DNA of 64,000 nt from Eledone cirrhosa (Eukaryota), in contig OZ024745.1 in the NCBI GenBank assembly GCA_964016885.1, positions 66,216,001 to 66,280,000 on the forward strand. Reading direction: 5' to 3'. Positions 37,941-50,323 of this stretch are shown here, piece by piece (within the stretch, counting starts at the first letter, position 1; every line of letters begins with the position of its first letter). Both the position numbers and the translations under genes were made by a program. Under the pieces are notes generated by a model. It had not been told where the DNA came from. It did not search any database and saw only the letters and a list, made by a program, of their open reading frames with translations.

Positions 37941-39260
37941 TATATCTTAGGTCTACTCAATCTTGCTTGAGTTGGGCTTAAAACAACAATTGTAACATCA
38001 TTGACAACAGCACCAATATGCTAATCAACAACAAAAAATGAAAAATCCTTTGTGGGAATAAAATATAATAAATATTTTGCATATAAACACCATACATTGC
38101 TAACATGTACAAAGTTCAAAACTAAACTGAAAGATCACATCAATTCACGGAATATAGTTCACCAGAAAAAATATATAATGTAAAAATAAAAGTAAAGCTG
38201 AAATAAGTAAAAAAGGTCTTAAAGATTTTTTTCATTCCTATAAGTGATGGAAAATGAAAACAAAAAAGGTTAAAAAGGAAAGGATTAAAAGATTTGAGTC
38301 AAGACGAAAATAGAGCAAAATGTTTTACAACTAGAAAAATAATAGTGCTTAGAGAAAAATACAACAAATTTTAGCAAAAAATTGTCTGCTTAAATAAAAT
38401 GCCCTAGCAATCTTAAGTGAAACTATTTAGCAAAACTCTAAAGATACTAAAGCAATAAAAGATTTTTGAGATATTTTTTAAGTGAAGCATTATTTACATG
38501 CACGGCACATTTATATCTGTCTCTAATGATTCATCAAAATATGACATAATTAACAGGCCTTCATCAAATATTAAATTTCAGCAACTGCAAACCAAGACTA
38601 TACCTTTGATCTTTGAAAACACAAAACACAACAAAAGCGACTAAATGTCACCATTAAAAGTTAAACTGGGAAATCCCATTATTTAGGTAGCAAATCAGCT
38701 GAGGTGTTAAAATGAAAAAAATATTTGAGGTATTTGTACAGCTCCATGTATTTTGTGTCCAAGTTGATTGGTAGAGTTAATTGGTAAAACATTTAAATAT
38801 GAACATATTGATCTTGTGTACCTTTATTTATGACCATGCTATTGCAAGCATTTGTGCCAGGCTGGCTTCCATCCTATCAGTTTTAAAATCCACTGAATAA
38901 GGTAATAAAACACTACACTTCTTCTGTCTAAACAACAAATTAAGACATAACATATGACACACAAGAAAAAAAAAAGTAAAAAAAAAGCGAATACGATCTC
39001 AGAAATTTAGAAAAAAATTAAAAAAGTAGCTAAGGGATACAGATAGTTGCCTTATTAGAAATCCACAAATAAAATATTACCAACGAAGGCACTATTGGAA
39101 AGATAATCACAGAAATATCAGAAGTAGATTGTAAGATAATATAGGAGCATACATCTATAATGTATTTTACAATCATTGAGCATATTGGTGCTGTTGTCAA
39201 TGATGTTACAATTGTTGTTTTAAGCCCAACTCAAGCAAGATTGAGTAGACCTAAGATATA
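37941..39260. repeat. Perfect 82-bp inverted repeat pair (37941-38022 / 39179-39260) around a ~1.16-kb A-rich spacer
   Basis: TATATCTTAGGTCTACTCAATC...CACCAATATGCT is the exact reverse complement of AGCATATTGGTG...GACCTAAGATATA. Identity stops abruptly on both sides. Confidence 0.95.
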
Positions 39261-39457
39261 TAGGATGAGTAATAAGTTACTGGGAAGCTCAACATTTATA
39301 TTCCAAATGATAATATTTACTAAAACCCTGGTCAAGCATTACGAAATTATAAATACATAAAAAGTAGTTAAAAATATGATGGCTGATCACACACAAATAA
39401 TGTTCAAAAAGTTATCTGTGAACCTTGCAAATAAAAATGTATTGACTGCCCAGTTAC

Positions 39458-39502
<45 letters not shown>

Positions 39503-39514
39503 GAGAGAGAGAGA

Positions 39515-39852
39515 GAGGCATATGGCTTAGCGGTTAGAGCATTGGGCTTGCAATCAAAAGGTTGTGAGTTCAATTCTCACTCTGGGTGATGTGTTGTTTC
39601 CTTGAGCAAGACACTTTATTTCACATTGCTCCAGTTTACTCACCTGTAAAAATGAGATGATAGGACTGTAGTCCATATCATTCCACTGTGAAATGGACGT
39701 GTAGGCGCCACAGAAAAAAAGTACCAGCACTCACTGTTAATGAGGTTGGTGTTAGGAAGGGCATCCAGCTGTAGAAATCAAGCCAGAATCAGTTCCCATC
39801 CCACCCTTGCAAGCAGGGTAAAGCAGATGTAAAATGATGATGATGATGATGA

Positions 39853-39854
<2 letters not shown>
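39515..39854 (+). mobile_element. tRNA-derived SINE family A, full length
   Basis: A box TGGCTTAGCGG, B box GAGTTCAATTC, CORE-like CCTTGAGCAAGACACTT, a 3' part shared with the RTE LINE 3' UTR and a (GAT)n tail. Flanked by (TG)n/(GA)n and (TA)n. Confidence 0.85.
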
Positions 39855-39903
<49 letters not shown>

Positions 39904-39937
39904 GGATTTGAATGGATACAGTTTAGTTAAAAGGAAT

Positions 39938-40058
39938 TTATTGACACGTGTTTCTATAACAGTTACATAACCTGAAAACAGCTGCTATCTACAAAGTATT
40001 AGTTATGCAGACATTCAATATTTCAATGTTATTATCAACTGTCATTTCATCCGAATAA
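39938..40058 (-). ncRNA. Type I hammerhead ribozyme-like motif (core position 4 = G, long stem II insert)
   Basis: Minus strand: TTATT CGGATGA aATGACAGTT...AACTGTTATa GAAAC ACGT GTC AATAA. Confidence 0.55.
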
Positions 40059-40334
40059 TTTTACTGAGGACCTGTTTGGTTTTTATAGAGAATATTAGGA
40101 GGGAGGGGTGAAGATGTTAGAAGAATAGTTGAGGGAGTGGTTTTTTGATAGCAGTGAGAAATAACCAATAATATATTCTATAAAAATGTCAAAACAACAG
40201 ATGGGAATCTAATTACTCGCTGCCACCAAAAATCCTCACTGCTATCAAAAAACTACTCCCTCAACTATTCTTCTAACAACTTCACCCCTCCCTCCTAATA
40301 TTCTCTATAAAAACCAAACAGGTCCTCAGTAAAA

Positions 40335-40455
40335 TTATTCCGATGAAATGACAGTTGATAATAACATTGAAATATTGAATGTCTGCATAACTAATACTTT
40401 GTAGATAGCAGCTGTTTTCAGGTTATGTAACTGTCATAGAAACACGTGTCAATAA
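40335..40455 (+). ncRNA. Type I hammerhead ribozyme-like motif (core position 4 = C, long stem II insert)
   Basis: TTATT CCGATGA aATGACAGTT...AACTGTCATa GAAAC ACGT GTC AATAA. Stem I TTATT/AATAA, 9-bp stem II, palindromic ACACGTGT at stem III, GUC site. Confidence 0.65.
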
Positions 40456-40698
40456 ATTCCTTTTAACTAAACTGTATCCATTCAAATCCTTCTATTTTTC
40501 TCCGGATTACTTTTGGAACTACAACTGGAACCGTCGAGCAAACTCTACGTGAGCTGTCCATCTACTGTGTGTAATATTTATATTACAACACTACGGAAAA
40601 TACTGTATATATATATATACTCTAGTAAAAGTTTGGTAGAAATATCCAAGGGTAAGAGCACTCAGTCCATAGGATGAGGTAAGTATAATTAGTTATAC

Positions 40699-40748
40699 AC
40701 AGGTACTTAAGTTTCGTTGGGTTATACACCCCAACTCATTCAGCCTGT
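40699..40748 (-). ncRNA. Type I hammerhead ribozyme-like motif with one extra core base
   Basis: Minus strand: ACAGG CTGAATGA GTTGGG-gtgtataa-CCCAAC GAAAC TTAA GTA CCTGT. All stems pair and stem III carries the palindrome ACTTAAGT. Confidence 0.7.
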
Positions 40749-41929
40749 TATAAAAAGAAAGATGGTCTCTAGTAGTTGAATGTTACTTCTTTTGAGAAGA
40801 TTGTCCAAGAGCTCTTCAAAGACAGGTAATATTGAAAGTAGCTATAAATAACCATAAATAACCAAAATTATTAGATGGGTTGAAGGGGGCAACTATTCTA
40901 AAACTAATATCAAGAGTAGGCAAATGTATGGTAAGTTAAAGAGGCCAAATTGCTTGACATACAAATTAGTAATTCAAAGAAAATATATTCTTTGACATTC
41001 AAATTAGTTAGTCAGGTCTACACCAATTACTCTCAGAATGTATTTCGTTTCTGATCTGCAGGTGTGAGAGAATGAAAAGGAAGAGAAATGTGATGTTATG
41101 GATGGATATATGGAAATACCACCTTATGCTTGGAATGCCTATGGGATGGCAGATGAGAAGAATGGTTGCTTTTCTTAGTTTGTCCCCCGTATGCCATTTT
41201 CATGTGCACGTTTGTGTGTGTGTCAACATTTTCATGCTGGCATGATTTGGATGGGATATTTGAAGCAATATCTTGGAGTGCGATGTTCTTCCTGACACGA
41301 ATTTAGTCACTTTTTGTGGCAATGCTGATACAATAACATATCATCTTTTCCATTCTGTGAAATGCATCTAATTATTGAAACCATGTCAAGTGAGAAAAGA
41401 TACTCTAGCCTGTCTCAATCAATGCTCCATGCCAACATGGGAAGCTGATCATGCACACATAGATTCACATAAGCATATATATATGTTAATGTTTATATAT
41501 ATATCGCTTCCTCAATGTTATTCATTATTGTTAACATTGAATAGCCATTGAAATTGATAAAATGTGTGCATAGGAATTAGTTGAATTCCTTTTATTATCA
41601 AGACATTTAAATGAATCTAACAATTTAAAATATGTAAAATCTTGAAGTACAAATCACAGTATATTCTTCTCAATATATCATCGAATTCAAAAGAATAGTT
41701 GCTTAACAATTTCTCCTAAAGTTTTAACAAGCAGTAAACATTAACAACATTTTTCTATTTGCCACCAGATTGTTTACCATTCCCAAGGATGCATTAATCC
41801 AATCATAAGAAATTATTATTCATTAAAATAATCAAAAATGCTTTTTACCTTGTCTTGATTTTGTTTTTTTTATGAAATGATGTTTGTTTATATAAATGAA
41901 TCTGGTGTGGTAAAAAATCCTAACGGTCA

Positions 41930-42230
41930 CAAATTTTTCCCAGGTTACCTGGAAAAGCAAGGTGTGGAAACTAAAGGACCTCTTTGATAACCATAGGTCC
42001 AGAGACGGTCTAAGTGATGTGTATAACATTGAGAACAAATGGAAATTTCTATGCAATAACATGTTACAGGCTACAGACAAGTGTACAGTAACAGTAAGAG
42101 CGAGGTGAAGTCAAATTCGAAAAATTGGAATAAAAAAAGCAACAACGATAGCTGAGAAAAGAACACTCATGAGTTTTAAGTAGAAAGGAGCAATGAAAGG
42201 GTGAGATATGAGCACAAGTGATCTCAGAGA
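41930..42230 (+). pseudogene. Decayed RTE-type LINE fragment (linker between endonuclease and RT)
   Basis: My translation KSKVWKLKD...IENKWKFLCNNMLQATDKC resembles the 'WKLK...W..L...L.A....C' linker of RTE ORFs; stops follow. Confidence 0.45.
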
Positions 42231-42716
42231 ACTGAACTACACAAAAAGTGTAACAAAAGAACATGGCAAATGGAGAATTACACTCTTCACTTTACAGTTT
42301 TTTTAAAATAGCTGATCTCAAAATAATGTCCTGGTTACATAGACTATGCCTAAAAAACAAGATGTAATGGTAGCAGCTGCGATGTCTGTGATCATTTGTT
42401 TGCTTACTTAGGGATGTTTTGGAGCTAAACAATAGCAACAACAACAACAATTTATAGTTAGGTGACCATACCAGTAATGGGTTAACTTTTGCAAGTGCTT
42501 ATTTGCTAATTTTAAGTGTCAAGTTATAAAGTGAAACATTAATCATGCCCTGTCCTTATATTTGCAAATACAAATATCAGTATTTCCAGGCTGTTTGTGG
42601 AGGTAAATGGCGTAATTTTAGTTTGATGAAAGTGCAGATATCTATACAAATTTAATCCCAATAGAATTGTTTCATTTCGTGTCCAAAGTTGAACTTTATT
42701 ACAACATTCTGTTTAT

Positions 42717-44277
42717 ATCATCATCATCACCGTTTTACGTCTGTTCTTCCATGCTAGCATGGGTTAGACGGGTTGTCTTGTTGTGGGCAGTGTCTGGTCG
42801 GCTGACCATGTCTTGCTCATACAGGAACTAATTTTGGCTTGATTTCTACAGCTGGATGCCCTTCCTAACACCAACCTCATTTACAGTGAGTGCTGGGTGC
42901 TTTTTTGCCGTGGCACCTCCACGACCACTTTGCAGTGGGAGGGTGTGGGGGCATATTGTCTATATGCTTCAGCTTGTACCCATGGGAGGTCGGGTACTCT
43001 GTATTACTGCGTGGCGCCAGAGGTCACGGTCGTATGTCATCGCCTTTGAGAGGTGTAATTGGGTAAGGTCGGCTTTTATCACCTCATCCCAGGTCTTCTT
43101 GGGTCGCCCCACTCCGCGGTTTCCATTGACTTCTAGTGCTCTGCACCTTTTTATGCAGCTGTCATCCTTCATACGCATCACATGTCGATACCAACACAAC
43201 CGCCTCTCCTGCACACAGCATTTGATTCCTCTTATGCTCAGTCTCTCTCTCAATTCATTTATGCTTTGCTGTTCACGTATATTACTATTACACATCCATC
43301 GGAGCATGCAGGCTTCGTTTCTTTCTAATCTACATAAGTCTTCCACCTTCAGCGCCCAGGTCTCACTACCATGTAACACTGCTGTTCGGATACACGCATC
43401 ATACAGTCTGCCTTTCATTTTGAGGGAGAAGTCTTTTGCAGCTAGCAGTGGCAGTAGTTCCCTGAACTTCTTCCATCCTGTTCTTACCCTAGTTATTGTA
43501 CTTTCTGAACACCCACCACCGTTGCTAATTCGGTCACCTAGGTAGCAGAAGCTGTCTACTGTTTCTACAGAGCCCTCCCAGAGATTGGTGGTACTTGTTT
43601 CCTGTGGCTGTTTACTGCTTGCTGTCCCAGCATAGCTGCTACATGTGAAGCCTACATTCTTAATTAAGCTTCCTGAGATCCCGCTACATCTCTTGTGTAC
43701 CCATTGTTTGCATTTTGGGCAGAGAATGGAGTTCCTACCTACACCTTTCCTACATACTGAGCAAGGCCATTTCCCTGAGGGGATCTGGGTTCTGTTTTCT
43801 CGTCTACTTACAAGGACCTTAGTCTTTGTCATATTGACTTTGAGACCCTTTCTTTCTAGTCCCTGCTTCCAAGTTTGGAATTTCTTCTCTAGTTCTACCA
43901 TAGATTCAGCTATAAGTGCAAGGTCATCTGCATACAGGAGTTCCCATGGGCATCCGGTCTTAAACTCCTCCGTTATTGCCTGCAGGACTATGATGAACAG
44001 GAGAGGGCTAAGAACAGAGCCCTGGTGGACACCAACCTGTACGCTAAATTCCTCACTATACTCATTGCTAATCCTAACTTTGCTGACTGCTCCCCTATAC
44101 ATGGCTTGTAGAGCTTTCACAAGCCATTCATCTACTCCTAGTTTTCTAAGAGCCCACCAGATTATAGCACGTTGAACTCTGTCAAAGGCTTTCTCGAGAT
44201 CGACGAATGCCAGGTAGAGTGGCTTACTTTTAGCTAGGTACTTTTCCTGTAACTGCCCCACAAGGAAGAGGGCATTA
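42717..44277 (-). mobile_element. 5'-truncated RTE-clade LINE with 3' UTR and (GAT)n tail
   Basis: Contains the RT ORF below, a 3' UTR at 42730-42968 and an (ATC)n run at 42717-42729. The 5' end is truncated into (TA)n at ~44280. Confidence 0.93.
42969..44277 (-). CDS. Reverse transcriptase (C-terminal part) with PHD-like Cys/His insert; N-terminally truncated
   Basis: AFVDLEKAFDRV, GVHQGSVLSPLLF, LLYADDLAL, GLKVNMTKTK, CSVCRKGVGRNSILCPKCKQWVHKRC, FCYLGD, LHGSETW, GRPKKTW. The first ~17 residues of the ORF-track entry come from microsatellite. Confidence 0.9.
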
Positions 44278-44446
44278 TTGGTATATATATATATATATAT
44301 ATATATGTATGCATGTATGTATACACACACATATATATGGATGTACCATTCGAGAAAATATAAAACTATGCATCAGTGAGATCCAGAGACCCCAGCCTCT
44401 CTGGAAGGTTGGTAGTCTCTCTTCAATACCGACTTGGTTTATATAG

Positions 44447-44504
44447 ACCCATCCAACCCTTGCTAGCAAGGGAAGTGGATGTTAAACAATGGTTATGATG
44501 ATGA
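44447..44504 (+). mobile_element. Short RTE-type LINE/SINE 3' tail remnant
   Basis: ACCCATCCAACCCTTGCTAGCAAGGGAAGTGGATGTTAAAC...GATGATGAT; similar stubs at ~50099-50142, ~51799-51848 and ~52725-52808. Confidence 0.65.
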
Positions 44505-46449
44505 TATAAATAAATATATATATGTTTGTGTGTATGCATCTAATACAAATGCTTACATAAGATGGTATCTATTATGTAGTTAGAAAATTAGTTTTACTTT
44601 GTTAACTAAATGGAATGCAATATATTGGAAAGAATGGTTTTTGGCATTTAATCTCTAAATAGTATTGGTCAGATAACATTTTAGCTGAAGTAAAGGCTAT
44701 CTGACCAAAGAAATGACCAGCATGAAATCAACTCAAATATCAATGAATCAGAGTAAAGTGAATTTTAAGCCTGAAAGAAGACCATGACACTCGTAAGGTT
44801 ATGAAGGAGAATGCCACTCTGGTACTAATATGAATCTACAACTCCAACTATGTCTAAGTAGGTTATCATTCAGAAATACAACTAGTTTGACAACTCATCT
44901 TGTTAATTCAAGATATTCATTTCTTCAAAATAAAATTATCTGAATTGCAGAGACACATTTAAACAGCAGTTAGAATAGTTGAAAGAATTTAAGGTCAGTT
45001 AGATGTAGTTATAAAATTCTTTCATCTGATGATGATCTGTTTTGTCTCCTTGTTTTACTCATTTGCAGGTTCCAGTCAGTGAACTGTGACTATTTCAAGG
45101 GCCTTGCTCAGTATTGTCAGGAATAAAATATGCTTACCTATTGTCGTCAATATTTCCAATGAATTCACAAAATATATGTTATAGTAATTTATGAGAAATG
45201 AGCCTTCTTTCCACATAATATTTAAGGAAATTCTTTTCAGGGACATGTATGGCTTGTTTAGTGAAATACTATATATATCAGATTATATAATTAATACAGG
45301 AGACAAAACAGTCTATTAATATTTTATAAACTTTAAAAGTGTGGATAGAACAAAGATCATTACTTCATATGCTAAAGACAAAGTATATCCTATTTTCAAT
45401 TGTGTTAGAAGTGATATACAGGAAATATAGACAAGGACAACTAGAAGGAAATATAATCAGTATGATGTCTGGTTGTATAATGAGAATTTTATGGAAAGCC
45501 ATGTCAAATTGAATTAAACATTCTACATCTTGACTTTTATATGAAGAGAAAACCACTGTGCTGTTGCATGACTGGAGATTTCTAGTCTGATGAATATTGA
45601 TTTCTTTTTGCTATGATAAAACTTTTGAAGAAGTGTTGAACATAGTACAATTGAAATGACCCAAGTATATTACTAGTACTGAAGAATAAAAAGCAAAATT
45701 AATTATGACAAGATAGGGACTCAGAATTTCGAAAGACAAAATGAAATTATTTTTCAATTTACTTCATATAATCATATAACTATCATGCCAACTAGGTATT
45801 ATTTTAATGGTATATACTCATCTGCTACTGGCTTCCACCTGGAACCTAAATCCTAACTATGGCTCCACAAACAGTCTGGATGCTGCAGTGCACCACTTTC
45901 TTGGAAATGGTATTAGCAGGCTAGCTGAACCAGATTGAATTTAGCCAATGGTTTTCAAACTCCTTAGTGGCTTGTCATTGTCACCCTGAAAAAGGATACT
46001 TTTGTAGACTATGAAAAGAATGCCCTACTATCAATTTTCAAGTTTCAATGGGCAGAAAGGCAATATCAAATAATGTTACTGTGGAATGTGTGCTTCATAG
46101 CTCAGTGAGACACCTAGATTGCCTTAGTCCTCATGCTGTATCCTTAGTATACGGTCAGACATTTTGACCATCCCTTATCACTGAAATATGAAGTCAGGGA
46201 TGTGATAGTGAAGCTAGATATCTAGTGCAACCCTCCCTCACTATAATCCAAGTTGCGCTCAAGTCAATGAGTTAGCAGGGAACCAGTAGGTGAAATTACC
46301 ACCAGCAAGTAGCAGAAAATCTGTATACAAGCAGATCAGGAAATAAGGTTATTTTCCACTAGACTAAAGCAGCAGTGGAATATGGTAAACACCAAGCAGC
46401 CCTATTTTTAGGATAGCTTTGCTTGCAAAAACAGGGGCTAGAAACAGTG

Positions 46450-48060
46450 CTTTAAACAAAGCCTGATTACTCCACCTAGGCTGGTAATCCATAACAGATG
46501 TGAACATGAGGGATGAAATTGATTACATTTACATCAGTACACCAGGTGATACAGAACATGAAAACATACAAAAAGCTAATATTTGGACAGAATGCCAACT
46601 GGTAAAAATCTATCTCACATCGATGATTGAAGTGGCAAAAGAAAATCACTATAATTCAGCCATAGAGAAATCAAGAGAAACAGCAACAGCAAGCAAGCAG
46701 TATCGATTACAAGGGAATTGCTTACGACAGGGAAATCTGTCTGAAATGGCAGTAAGGGAAAGTGAAAAAAGCAGCAGCAAATTCCAGACAACAGTAGATA
46801 CAAGAATGATTGTTGGAACTGATTGGTCAGTGAAAAGAACTAGAGAGCAAAATAGAGCAGAAATTTTATTACTAAAGAAAGGAAACATAGCAGAGAACAA
46901 CTGGTAAGGAATTATGCTACTCAGAGTACGAGGAAATGGTTTTTCTAAACAAACTCCATAACAAAATCGACACCAGACTGTGAAAAGAACAGGCAAGATT
47001 TCCCAGGCTATCGTTTCATTTGCTGAGCTGAATTTATCTCTAAAGAAAATAATCAAATAGTTTGGTGAACTTCAGTAACCACTCTCTACAGTGTGTATCA
47101 GGAGTTAATATTGAAAATTGCTCAGTAAACAATATATTTCCAAAAACCTCTACCAGAAATTCAACTGCTGTATGAGAGCAGATTCCAACAACACGCACCA
47201 TTTCAGTATCAATACTAGTTCAGACAATGTTGCGTATCCCCCCCCCCCCCATCATGTTGTCCTGTTAGCATGGGATATATGATGCAACATTGAAGGAAAT
47301 ACCCAACAAGACAGAAACAGGTGTTCAGTGGAAAAAGACAGGATCACTTTGTAATTTGGACATTACAGATAATATTTCACTCTTATCAGATATAGAAACA
47401 GAGCTATAAGAACAGTAGGAAGGATTAGGTGAAAACAAAATGAAGACTATGCAAATAGACAATACCTCCATGTACCGTATCAATATATAACAAAAAGTGA
47501 ACGATATCACAAATTTTCTAATAGTGTAATCAATAGCAATGAAAAGATGGAAGCTAGCGTAAAATAGCAGAAGTGGAAAAGGAACCACAATCTTTCAAGG
47601 TATGCGATCATCTGGAAAATAAAACGTCAGCACTGCATTGTACAACAATATTTTACTATCAATGGTGTTATGTGGAGGAGAGACTTGCAATATGACTGCG
47701 AATGTCATAAGGAAACTTGATGTTCAGAAATGGTGCCTATACAAAAATCAAACAAATTACATACAATGGTCACATAATTTATTTCATCATCCTTCAAGTT
47801 CTTAACAATTGCAATACATTGGCGCAGGACTGCAATTTAGATTGGCTGGGTATATTCCACAGCTTTCAGATAGAAGCCATATAAAAGAGGCAATTTGTTT
47901 GAATTTCACCAGAGGATAAACAAAGTTGAAGGAGGCTGAAGAAGATCTGGCACTGAAAATATTAAGAAAACTTACAAGAAGTGTAGATAAACTGGGAAGA
48001 TATGGAAACAACAGTGACTGATTGATTGAAAGAGTGAAACATTAGTACTTGATATTCCAA
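46450..48060 (+). pseudogene. Old, heavily decayed RTE-like LINE
   Basis: Remnant motifs in the expected order: EIDYIYIS (endonuclease end), GIMLLRVRG (I.LLS..GK-like), LDITDNISLLS (LD(F/Y)ADDI.LL-like), LCGGETCNMT (LYG.ETW-like), RKLDV, RLAGYI; many stops and frameshifts. Confidence 0.6.
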
Positions 48061-50037
48061 ATAGCTCATGAGAAGCTAACATTAAAAACACTATCCTCTG
48101 GAGTAAAAGGAAGAAATCCTCACTAGCTTCCAATTACTAAAATCCTTAAATGCATGAAAAGATTATATGTACTTTTCCTGTGAATATTACAAGCAAAACA
48201 AATTAATAGAAACAGCTTAATATCATCAGCAGTATTTTGTGCTTATTGAAAGTTAAGCAATACATTCTTGAACAGTAAAGAATATTTCTACCATTATTAC
48301 TCTGATATTTATTGGTTCAGTATTAGTGATTTTCAAGTGTGGATGATTGGATGTATTCATAGAATGGGCATTTAATGATAAATTGCAAAATGGTATCATA
48401 TTAGAAATTCTATGCTTAAGTGGATGCAAAAGATCTTATTTCTGATATATTTCTAAATTATTAGTCTTCATCTTGCTAATTGCCAAGCTTTAAAATGTTA
48501 TTCCTCTCCATCAAACATTTCAGATATGTTTTAGGTATGGAGCATTATAAATTTTACATGATGTTCTTGAATTTTGCATTTTCAAAAATATTGGCCATTA
48601 CAAAAACTAAAAAAATAAAATAAGCTCCTGAGTTCTTAATGATTACAAACTATATTCAATTCAGTCGAAGTATTTATATTGAACCAAACTACTTCACACT
48701 TATAAAATGTTGGTGACAACATGATATCTGCGCAGATTGATCAGCACAAGTATAATCCTGAAATACTATATTGCAAAAGCAATTAAAGTTGTAAGGATAT
48801 CTCTACAGATATTACTTTTATGTTCAGAATACATATAAATTAAAAGGAAAAGGACATTTTCTGGATATGTATACAATAAATGAATTTAATAGTGTGCTTT
48901 AATCATGATGGTTGAAATTTCAAGTAATTTTATTTTTGTCACTTTAACAGTATTATATTGATAACATAATAGTAATTTACTGGTGCCGTTTACTAGATAA
49001 ACTTGAATGAAATGAATATAACGATCAATCAATAATAAATCTAGATATGAAGATCCCTTAAAATATTTCATTGCAGAAGGCACTGTTTATGTTACCTTCA
49101 TGCAATATAAATCTCTCTCAAAACAGCTCAGTTTTAATTTAGATGATCTCAGTAATGGAAGTGCTAAGCAAGGGCTAAGAATTGGCTTGCTGCAGCCTTG
49201 CCCAGTTAGGCAAAATTTAATATTTAATATAAGCCTATAAATACTTCATTTGATGTAGAAACACCAATACTGTTTTACATACAACTGACCTGGATCTTGC
49301 TACAAAATTTCACCTCCACACAGTTAAGGTAATCTGTACAACCACTCTTTCAAAAAGAGATAAGATACTTAATAAAACTGATGTGTCCCCATCTCAGGTA
49401 AGTTTATTAGACAGTCAAATTTCATTAAACAAGTCTTCAATAAAATATTTATAATATATATGCCAGACAAAACACCTGTTTCAAAATGTTTCTCCAAAGT
49501 TTACATTCTGAATTAAAAATGCATTAATTATTTGGTGCACACACAGGCAAATTGTGAGATAATTAATTTGTTAAAATCTTATTGTATAAAAGACACATTT
49601 ATACATCTTAACATGTGAGTTCTACTATTTTATTTTGAATTGGTTTGGAAGTGAAATTTGGTAGACAATAGATGTTGAAGCTTATCATATATATAGGAAG
49701 GGCACGCAGCAACAGAAACCATGCCAAAATAAAAAGTATGAATAAGAGGCTTAACAAGTCATCTGACTTGTTAAGGCCTCAGATCATGACACACTTTCTA
49801 ACACAAGCAAGGAAGGGAAATAGATGTAAAATGATAACAATATATATTTTTTGTTGAATCATCAACCAGAAAAGCAGATTGATGCTGGCTTTGGGTTCAT
49901 AGCTTCAAAATGTGACTTTGAGCCAATCATCTGTGAAACACATGTAAAAGGTCAATACTCAATAAAAACATAAACACATGTAAATGAAACTTCATTGTAT
50001 TTTCTTATTATATACATTCTACCTGTGCATCGAGTGC

Positions 50038-50248
50038 TTATATATATATATATATACATTACACACACACACACATATATACATATATATATATATAATC
50101 CATGCTAGCATGGAAAAATGGACATTAAATGGTGATGATGATACATTCATATACATACATACATACATATATATATGTATATATATATACACACACACAC
50201 ATATATATAGACACACACACACACATATTTATAGATACACACACAGAC

Positions 50249-50320
<72 letters not shown>
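50038..50320. repeat. Compound (TA)n/(CA)n microsatellite
   Basis: Directly visible; it produces the YIYI/THTH ORFs in the track. Confidence 0.9.

Positions 50321-50323
<3 letters not shown>

Larger units (their letters stand above)
39899..40606. mobile_element. Penelope-like pseudo-LTR insert with 260-bp inverted arms (39899-40158 / 40235-40494), in (TA)n
   Basis: The arms are near-identical reverse complements, each carries a hammerhead-like motif, and (TA)n lies on both sides. Confidence 0.7.

Noticed and set aside
39517-39590. tRNA gene
   Set aside because: A and B boxes are present but there is no full cloverleaf, and it continues into SINE body and tail; same for 52190, 55590 and 61620.
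42856-44175. Plus-strand ORFs 42856-43545 and 43645-44175
   Set aside because: Antisense shadows of the RTE reverse transcriptase.
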